Shown here in pieces: positions 56,601 through 64,000 of a stretch of DNA of 64,000 nucleotides. Numbering within the stretch: position 1 is the stretch's first letter; each line of letters starts with the position of its first letter. The stretch is taken from the NCBI RefSeq assembly GCF_964355755.1, contig NC_092676.1, positions 29,282,871-29,346,870 on the forward strand, read 5' to 3'. Source of the DNA: Antedon mediterranea. Lineage: Eukaryota > Animalia > Echinodermata. The position numbers and the translations under genes are program-made. Under the pieces are notes generated by a model. The model saw only the letters and a program-made list of their open reading frames with translations, made no database searches and was not told the origin of the DNA.

Positions 56601-59600
56601 ATGAAACTGTCTATTCATAACATTTTTTTTGGTTATCCAAAAAAAAGTGATGAATACTATACAGAGATCCAGATGACCCTTTATACTAATGAAACTAACT
56701 GTTATAGTAAAATAGAGTAGTTTAGTACAATAGTAAGTAGTAGTAGTAGTAGTAGTAGTATATAATAGTAGTATACTTGGTCTTTTTTTAGTTTTATCTG
56801 AGTTGATAAGCTATCTCCTAAAGAAGAACCTTTAAAATAACAACTGTATATTTTTTGCTTGATATTGAGCAAACAGAATATTTCAATAACCCTCAATATT
56901 TCTAAAATTAATATTTATCTTGGATGAATTTGCTTGAAGCTTCTAACAAACTATTGTCCATCGTATTTACCGTTCATTTTATAAATGCTTGGTTGATTTT
57001 AACACATGTCTTTTGGAAACAATATTAATTTCAACATAATCAGCTTGTTGAATGCTAATTTAATAGCTATATAAGATTACATTATTAAATATGTGAAGAG
57101 TAACAGCAAAATTAATTTGTTCTCTGTCTGTCTGGTAACTTATGACATCTGCTTTGACTTGTGAGCATTGATAGGAACGTTTAAAGCCATTCTTAGTGAC
57201 AGCACTTGTAAATAGGACTACCATAAGAATTGTTTTAAACCAAATAGTAAATATCTTTCATAAATTATTCATTTTCCTTGCTTTCAATTGTCAAAAGATT
57301 GTTTTTACACCTTTTGTTACGATAGTATCAAATATAATTTTACATCATTTCATTGTAAAAATAACATTTTCTCACCATTGTTACTATTACATTGATTGTC
57401 TTTTATTATTCTTTGTTGACTTTAACGATTCTACTTGAATAACAACTAAATTACCGATAATAATGACTTGTCTCGGGTTACATATATAGCGCCATCATGG
57501 CAAATTAATGAGAACGTTTTGTCCATGCTGACTTTTTTACAGTATTGTCTTGTTATCATAGAAGCAGGTGTGTTAAAAATACTAAATAATAATAGTGTAA
57601 AAAGAATTACTAAAGAAAGTTAGAAAGAATCAATTTTTAATTTAAGATTTTGTTACAATAATTTGTAAGGTTCTATTCAAAATGAATAACACTCAAAACT
57701 AGGAACAACACTAGATTAGTAAAATTACGCTTGTTTCAGCAACTTATAGCACCCATGAAAGAGTCCAACCGGTTATGCCTAAACCAAACCTTTACTGATA
57801 AAAGTAGAGGCTTAGGAAACTGTAGAACACCATTAGAAACACTGAAGTAATATTGTACAAAGCTTTTTAAACAGGCTTTTGTTACTCTTGCCTGGGGGTA
57901 GGAGACCATTTTACACCCCTTTGATGATGAGTGTGAATGCAACAAGTTTTCAAACCTACCTGTTGTTATTAGATATAGGTGTTCTTGTAGAAAAGTCAAC
58001 AATATTGTTGAGATTTTGATGGACAGAGAATTATAGCATGTAAAGTAGGCCGCTCATGCTGTGGGAAAGAAATGTACTTTTTTTACACATTTCTTCTTAA
58101 TCTTAAAACAATAGACGACAATAAAGATGTGGAAGCCATCAATTATGCAATGTTAACTGTTAACTAATATCTGCAGAATCTAGAATTTAGAATGCATTTA
58201 AGATAATAGCAAGCTTTCGTTTCAGAACGGTAGACGATTGGAGACGGTAATTCAATATTTATTTTCCGCAGTCGTAGTCTATTATTGTCTATAAACGAAA
58301 GCTTTACTATTATTAAAACTACAATTATGAATTTATGAACCATAAACCTCAATTGATTGAAAGTATTATAAAAATAACATTATATTTGAATAACTTATCT
58401 AGACTTATTTAAAATAACATAGAACGATAGTTGTTGGGCGTGATAGAAACATTCACATAAAACATTCAAATCTTTAATTAGATTACCAAGATGAAAGTAT
58501 TTAGAGTTTACGAGACACTGTTTCATTAGTTACTCCATCATTTTGCTAACGAAAAGAAAATATTTTGATTACTTTTTTTTATCAATAATTGATAGACAGT
58601 TAGTGTAATGTTGATTTCCACATCCACAAGAAAACGAAAGAGTTAAAATTATCAATTTGTCTGGAGAATTTTGATGAACCTGTTTCAAACCAAAGGATGA
58701 TGCGGCAAAATGTTGATAGGAAATGAATGATTCAAGTTAGGCCCCCATCAGGTTCAAGGCTTGGCTCATCCTTACCCCAAGAGATGTAGTATTTCTACGC
58801 AACTAACACTAACTGTAGAGGGCAGCATATCACAACCTGTATACTATAAGATCTTTTATTATACATTTTATTAGAAAATGAATTAAATTCATTCATTATA
58901 TCATAGCATTAATAGAATATCTGATAATTCATCATTTTGAATGGAATATTTCCAAAAGGTTTTTTTTTCTGTAAAATATAGACAGGTTGTTTTTAACTGA
59001 AAATTATGCGTAATTTATTTCACTTACCACATGTTTCTTTTAGTCATTTCAATTCAAGGCTGTCCATTTTTTTTTTTCTAGTTTTGTTAAAAACATTTTT
59101 TCCCGTCTAAATCTGAAAATAAACATTGCAACATCTTGGTTCTTTGTTCTCTTTATGATTCTCTTTGTTGTGTGTGAATCCATTATGACATGAGCAGGAT
59201 TACCAACATCAATGTGTCAATTGTTTGCACATTAATTACATAGAAGTTTGCAGACATTACTACCAAATGTGATCAAACACGCATTTAAAAGGATCAACAA
59301 TATTGACAAATGTTACACATGGTTCAATTATAAATGGATTATAACGCTTAAAGATGAGATAACTATAATAATGTGTGTTTAATAAATATAATGGCATTTA
59401 TGGTTAGGATTTATTTAAACTCTTACTTCTTGGTGTGATTCTTGAGTTTTGAAGTAAAATTATTAAGTTCTTTTTTTGGGGAATGTTTGTTAAAAATACT
59501 AAGTTGGCATTTATGGTTTATTTAAACTCTTACTTCTTCTTGGTATGATTCTTTTGGAATTTGATTGTATTTTTTTAACATGAAAGTTATTAAATTCTTT

Positions 59601-62562
59601 TTTGGGGAATGTTTGTTTGTGGAAATGTTGATGTTAGACTGATAGTTGGTTATTATTAGTTAAGCTAAGAATCTAAAACATGGGCCTAGGCTATAGAAAT
59701 AATACGCTCCATTTACAGATAATAACAACACAGCAAGGCAATTTGTTTCCTCTGCGGACCTGATCAAAATATCTGACTGTGTTATCTTTGGAAGTTTCAA
59801 ATTTACATGACCAGATGTTTGTAGACTTTCTGGTCCAGACGTCTTCCAAGTTTGCATTCCTTGGCGGCAGCTAAAACAACAAGTGTGTCCTCGTGGCTTG
59901 AGATGAAGCAACCGATCTTCTTACGACATCTTGACTGCCGAACATTGATATCAATTACATCATTATCAGACATTGTCATATAGTTAGATTTATAACAGTA
60001 CATGAAATATGGTTTTAAAATCTTTTGGATTTATATTGAATGAATGTTCATAAATTTGCATTAAAACATTCTTTAAGCTCTGTCTACACTATCAAACTAG
60101 TTTGACAAAAAAGGTATGATGTGCCCAAATATGGTGGTGGTGGGCACATCACATACTTTTGTCAAACTAGTTTAATAGTGTAGACAGAGCTTAAAGAATT
60201 TTGTGACTGTTTCTGGGTGTCTGAATATTGATATCAAATTGCTGGGTTGCGTTGAGTTACCCAACATGTTTACAATCATATTTAACAGGAAATGATTTAT
60301 CAAAATTATGAAATAATGCAAATAATGAATACATATCAGGAGATTAACAAGATCAACGTATGTGGTTGATTTAATGTAAACAACGTGCCATTGTCGTACG
60401 TCGCAAATAAAATCACGATTATGCCTCAAACTTCTCTGATTGGCTGGTTAGATAATTTCAAAGAATGTTATTCCTGATTGGTGTATTTGTCTACCAACCA
60501 ACTGTTCAGTTTGCACCTGGATTTTTCTGCGTGGATATCAAGTTTAAGGCGATCGTATGTGCAATACCGCCCCCTACTGTGAACTGTCCTGTTCTTGCCT
60601 TTTGATGTCGTCGTAGTTAACAAGATCTTTCACAGCCTTTACTATCTTAGTCTCTGAACAGGTGTCATTTTCTTCAGTCCCCCTTTGGTTACTTTCATGT
60701 TTATATCAATTTTGTTGCTTTTTTCATGGCCTAAAATCTGTTGTGTTGTTTTCCATAAATGTAATGGTTATCTTTATTTATTTATAACAAATATACTTTA
60801 TCATTAAATTATAGACTAAAGTTCTTAATCATAAAATACAATATCACATAAGTTGATCATAACTGTACTGTACATCCAACACATTTATTTAACAATCAAA
60901 AATACTATTTGTTATTAAACAGAATGTATTATATAACATCTAAATAAATTCCTGTCATTTGATTGGATGGTTGTGGGTCACATGGCGTGTCACTGTTTAA
61001 CAATTGTCAAAATTTACAGAATGTAAAAATATTGATGGTTAAATGTAATTTATTTTTTATTTTACAGTTTTGGTCAAAACGGCATGTACCTAGAAGCTGA
61101 AATAAATGATGTCATAGATATAATCTGCCCGCACACGAACGACACGGACGAAGACCGCTACAAGGCGCAATACCACACGTTTATACAAGTGCCGTATGTA
61201 AGCTATGAAAGCTGTAATGTAACTAAAGCTAACAAGACAGAAAAATTTCTTTTGAAATGCAATAGACCATTTGATGAAAATAAATATACGTTATTATTCC
61301 AATCATGGACGCCATACCCACGTGGAACTAGGTTCGTGGCTGGACAATCTTATTATTATATTAGTAAGTATGCAAATTATTCTCTTTACAATTCTATGCA
61401 AATTATAACAGGTTTCAGGAGTTTTGAATTGGGGTGGGAGTGTGTCAGGGCCTATTGAATTGGGGTGGGGGTGTGTCAGGGCCTATTGAATTGGGGTGGG
61501 GGCGTGTCAGGGCCTATTGAATTGGGGTGGGGGCGTGTCAGGGCCTAAAAATGTTAAAATGCCTCATGATGCTCAATGATTATTGCATTATATCTACAGT
61601 AGTTTGTTTTTCTTTAATATTACTACTTATTTTTTTGTTTTTTATAGCAACTGCAAATGGTTCACCTGACGGAATAGACCAAACTGAAGGAGGCTTATGT
61701 GAGACACATAATATGCGACTTGAAGTACATATAATAGACCCAAGTAAATATCCTATTTTGAATTATTTAGTTTAAATCATTGATCTGTAAAGCAATAAAA
61801 TCAGCACCTTAAAGCTCTGTCTACACTATCAAAATTGTACCCAAATATGGTAGTGATATGACATCATCATGTCCATATATGGGTACATCACTTTTTTTCA
61901 CATAAAGTTTGATACTGTAGACAATTAAAAAAAAAAATGTATGTTCCAAGTTCCAATCAAAAATCATAATTATGTCAAATTTATTTATATTTCAGGTCCA
62001 CCTGTGCCAAGAGTAACGACGACACAACGACCAAAAGACACAACAACAAGTCCACTTGTGCATACTACGACAAGAAAATCTGTAGAAAGGACCAAACGAC
62101 CACCACCTACAGGTATGTTTAAATCATTATAGCTTGTTTCTCACTTGGACGTAATATGCGCAATATGAGTTAGCCAATCACAAGCAACTGTTTGAATGAT
62201 CCATCGCATTGTGATTGCTCAAATAATTAGTGTTGTGTTTACATCCATGTGTTCCTAGTGATGACCAACAAAATATTTATTTATTTTCAGCTTTCAACAA
62301 TTTTTTTTTTAAATTTTTACCCTTATGCCATTTAGTTTAAATTTCTACTTTTAAATAAATTATAAATAAAAATAAACAAATCACATACGCTCTATTCATT
62401 TTAAAATTATGTTTATTTTCAGTTAAACCTAAACCTACGGACAAAATAGGAAATAAAAATGGATACGACAAACAGACTGAAACAGGTTCAGCGTGTCGAT
62501 ACCAAATGTCATCATTGCTGCTGCTAGCCTCCTGCCTCATAGCTAGAGTCAGATGGCACTAG
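11542..62562 (+). CDS. Efn: Ephrin (Eph receptor ligand), complete: join(11542..11663, 61068..61363, 61648..61743, 61996..62112, 62423..62562), 771 nt, 256 aa
   Basis: Signal peptide, then an ephrin domain with four Cys (DIICP, YESCN, LLKCNRP, GGLCE) and FQSWTPYPRGTRFVAGQSYYYI, then a Pro/Thr-rich stalk and a short hydrophobic C-terminus. All junctions are GT-AG with matching phases (2,1,1,1). Confidence 0.92.
14044..14076. mobile_element. 33-bp palindrome with 7-bp TSD; candidate footprint
   Basis: GTTTAAA-CAGGGAGTTGT..ACAACTCCCTG-GTTTAAA. Confidence 0.6.
18050..18411. repeat. ~89-bp tandem repeat, 4 copies
   Basis: Units begin GTCACTTTGATTTAATGCTTGTCTTACCTGTACAGG at 18050, 18138, 18232 and 18321. 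Confidence 0.92.
19160..19362. repeat. ~100-bp tandem duplication
   Basis: GAAAGGAGTTCCACAC...GCATCTAAAACTTCTTTTACTCATT occurs twice. Confidence 0.85.
20750..20906. mobile_element. MITE family A, copy 2
   Basis: Same TIR and core; two 21-bp internal units. Confidence 0.8.
25077..25099. mobile_element. 23-bp palindrome with 7-bp TSD; candidate footprint
   Basis: ATATCAG-CATGGAGGTAT-T-ATACCTCCATG-ATATCAG. Confidence 0.65.
25456..25585. mobile_element. MITE family A, copy 3
   Basis: TTA-AGCTTTGTCTACACT...AGTGTAGACAGAGCT-TTA. Confidence 0.8.
27980..28113. mobile_element. MITE family B, decayed copy
   Basis: TGGTTCCCACTAG end and inverted GACCAATCACAAG/CTTGTGATTGGTC core shared with 3484..3651. 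Confidence 0.6.
29426..29607. mobile_element. MITE family A, copy 4 (opposite orientation)
   Basis: TAA-GGCTCTGTCTACACTATCAAACT...AGTTTGATAGTGTAGGCAGAGCT-TAA; three internal units. Confidence 0.85.
31869..31944. repeat. C-rich ~21-bp tandem repeat
   Basis: CCCCATGACA(TAGT)CCCCC, 3-4 copies. Confidence 0.8.
34912..35079. mobile_element. MITE family A, copy 5 (left TIR decayed)
   Basis: Core, three internal units and right TIR. Confidence 0.75.
47587..47868. repeat. ~140-bp tandem duplication
   Basis: TGATATTAATT...TTTACAATGATCATGCACATAAAA...AAGTAAGAGAGCAATAT at 47587 and 47727. Confidence 0.9.
50884..50946 (+). pseudogene. Short Penelope-like reverse transcriptase fragment
   Basis: Translates VTLHVDDNSLKVDIYRKPKH, resembling the PLE RT motif L-x-T-x-VYRKPTH. 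Very short. Confidence 0.45.
51130..51335. mobile_element. MITE family A, copy 6 (left-truncated, six internal units)
   Basis: Six ATATCACTACCATATTTGGGC-type units and an intact right TIR followed by TTA. Confidence 0.8.
52339..53441. repeat. 20-bp minisatellite (~55 units) with 60-bp higher-order structure
   Basis: Constant GTAGGACTAG followed by CGGAATC(A/G)TT, CATAACCGTT or GGGTATCGTT, mostly in fixed cyclic order. Confidence 0.97.
56577..56600. mobile_element. 24-bp imperfect palindrome with 7-bp TSD; candidate footprint
   Basis: ATGAAAC-CATGGAGCAAATTATTTCTTCATG-ATGAAAC. Confidence 0.6.
59392..59618. repeat. ~112-bp imperfect tandem duplication
   Basis: TGGCATTTATGGTTA...TTTAAACTCTTACTTCTT...TTTTGGGGAATGTTTGTT occurs twice. 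Confidence 0.8.
60076..60191. mobile_element. MITE family A, copy 7 (fold-back derivative)
   Basis: Both arms derive from the same end (both contain CAAACTAGTTTGACAAAA), giving a ~50-bp stem. Confidence 0.8.
60940..60990 (-). repeat. Inverted partial copy of 8110..8170
   Basis: TATATAACATCTAAATAAATTCCTGTCATTTGATTGG...GTGGGTCACATGGCGTG closely matches the reverse complement of 8111..8170. Confidence 0.7.
61068..61363 (+). CDS. Efn: Ephrin exon 2 (receptor-binding domain)
   Basis: TTTTACAG| acceptor; FGQNGMYLEAEINDVIDIICP...SYYYI; A|GTAAGT donor. Confidence 0.95.
61424..61547 (+). repeat. 31-bp G-rich tandem repeat, 4 copies, in ephrin intron 2
   Basis: TTGAATTGGGGTGGGGGCGTGTCAGGGCCTA. Confidence 0.92.
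61648..61743 (+). CDS. Efn: Ephrin exon 3
   Basis: Poly-T tract and TAG acceptor; (T)TANGSPDGIDQTEGGLCETHNMRLEVHIIDP; A|GTAAAT donor. Confidence 0.92.
61813..61923. mobile_element. MITE family A, copy 8, in ephrin intron 3
   Basis: TAA-AGCTCTGTCTACACTATCAAA, core, decayed right TIR. Confidence 0.75.
61996..62112 (+). CDS. Efn: Ephrin exon 4 (Pro/Thr-rich stalk)
   Basis: TTTCAG| acceptor; (S)PPVPRVTTTQRPKDTTTSPLVHTTTRKSVERTKRPPPT; CAG|GTATGT donor; 117 bp, phase 1-1. Confidence 0.85.
62131..62268. mobile_element. MITE family B, decayed copy in ephrin intron 4
   Basis: AGCTTGTTTCTCACTTG...CCAATCACAAGC...TGTGATTG...CTAGTGATGACCAA. Confidence 0.55.
62423..62562 (+). CDS. Efn: Ephrin terminal exon (GPI-signal-like C-terminus)
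   Basis: TTTATTTTCAG| acceptor; (V)KPKPTDKIGNKNGYDKQTETGSACRYQMSSLLLLASCLIARVRWH followed by TAG. Confidence 0.8.
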
Positions 62563-63023
62563 TCTCTGCAATCCAGACACTTTTGTATAAAGACTGTAAA
62601 TTATTGTAAAATTATACTTAGTGGAAACTTATTTTGTAAGAAAAGTGCCTAATCTAATGTCACATGTTTTTTTAAACAAATTTGATTTATTGTAATCCAC
62701 ATACAAAGCTTCTTATTTTAAAATCAAGTTGTTCATTTTTTAAGTATATGATCGAGTGTAGTACTCTATACAGCACTTACACGTGGAGTTATACTCTATT
62801 CATGGACCTATCAGTTATATGTACATGCTCTATTGAAGTAAACATGTATTTATTATCAATGTCTTCTCTCTGAATTTAGTCTAGGGGGTGGGATTATAAT
62901 ATTCAAACATGGGATTATACTCGGTCATATATATAAATGAACTAAACGCTGCACTTTTCTTGCAAGACATGCCACAACAAGAGAGATATATCATTTTGTA
63001 TGAAACATAAATTTTATTGTATT

Positions 63024-63029
63024 AATAAA
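63024..63029 (+). other. Candidate polyadenylation signal for ephrin
   Basis: First AATAAA I see after the stop codon (~460 nt downstream). Others occur near 63920 and 63958, and the motif is common in AT-rich DNA. Confidence 0.3.
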
Positions 63030-64000
63030 CTGCTACTATATATTGATGTTTGAGAGAAAACAAGAAAATCGCTGAGTGGACATTTTCTACTTTTGTAGAC
63101 GTCATTTCTGTTTTAAAACAAAATCTCAATTTTTACTGAGATTTTCATAACAGAAAGGCATTTGTAATAAGTTTGGTGATTTGTTTTTTAATTTTGTCTT
63201 GGTAATGTGTTTTTAATTTTCATATTTTAAGTTGAATCTGTATGTTTACAATGCTGCTTTTTATAATATACAATGTTGTCTAAATATTAATCACTGTCCA
63301 TGGATTAAGCACCAACTTAATGTTACCCAGCATGCATTGCATTCAATTATGTAAAGTAATATTAATTCCCTTGTTTCGTACTTAGGATAAGAAAGTGTAA
63401 CACCTACTATCTGTTTTTCTTTCCACCGACGACGTTTTTACACTTGTATTATTTATTTTAATTTTATTTGCATCATTGTCTAATTTTCGTTAGGTCATCA
63501 AAAGTTTAAGCAAACATAGATTATAAACAGGGTGTGACAGAAAGCATTATTAAAACTAAGCTGCTTAGTTATAGCATTTGATTTGAAGTCTGCAAAACAA
63601 ATAGTTATTCAAAATACAATTATGGATCGTTCTTTCATAATGGTTAATTTGGTGCACAATAGTTTTAAGAAGATGTATATGTAAGGATAATTTATTTAAT
63701 GTTTGTATATACTAGCTTCGGAAGCATTCTACTAATAAAATATAAAATAAGATTTTTGTTTAACGATTTTAATATTTGTACACAATTATTTTCAGTTTTT
63801 CTATTATTAGAAGATTTGAAAGATTCTTATAATTGTCTGTTTTCTAAGCAAACCCTAAACAATGATTATTTTAAGAAGAGTTTCTAATTTTTTGAGTTGA
63901 TCCCAGAAATAGCATCATGAATAAAATAATGATATTGACGATCGAATCTGGACAAAGAAATAAAATTAAGGCAAAATTTACTTACATTTAAGTTGTAGAA

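Noticed and set aside
12109-58352. Remaining 60-135 aa ORFs in the long intron
   Set aside because: Composition rich in I/L/F/K/N is typical of chance ORFs in AT-rich DNA; many lack ATG starts and none shows a recognisable domain.
59660-60003. Overlapping ORFs in a slightly GC-richer patch
   Set aside because: No recognisable motif in the frames I read and no consistent splice structure.
62281-62340. Alternative acceptor TTTTCAG in ephrin intron 4 giving a short different C-terminus
   Set aside because: Reads through a poly-T tract into low-complexity sequence; there is no support without transcript data.

Overview
AT-rich eukaryotic (animal, invertebrate-like) genomic DNA. It holds two spliced protein-coding genes arranged head-to-head, with their ATGs 1,213 bp apart. 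On the minus strand are the first four coding exons of an IGHMBP2/SMUBP-2 helicase orthologue (10328 to 1, running off the window). On the plus strand is a complete 5-exon ephrin gene (11542..62562, 256 aa). Its signal-peptide exon is missing from the ORF track and is separated from the receptor-binding exon by a 49.4-kb intron. The ephrin has no cytoplasmic tail and a GPI-like C-terminus, a B-like segment after the G-H loop, and an Arg where vertebrate ephrins have the G-H-loop Glu. The introns carry two PIF/Harbinger-like MITE families, one with a variable 21-bp array of CArG boxes. They also carry several 23-33 bp palindromes flanked by ~7-bp duplications that resemble P-element excision footprints, a long hairpin repeat, minisatellites (one with 60-bp higher-order structure) and retroelement debris. 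Nearly all other ORFs in the track appear spurious. I found no prokaryotic-type system or CRISPR array, and no clearly new multi-gene system. All homology calls come from recalled motifs, not database searches.
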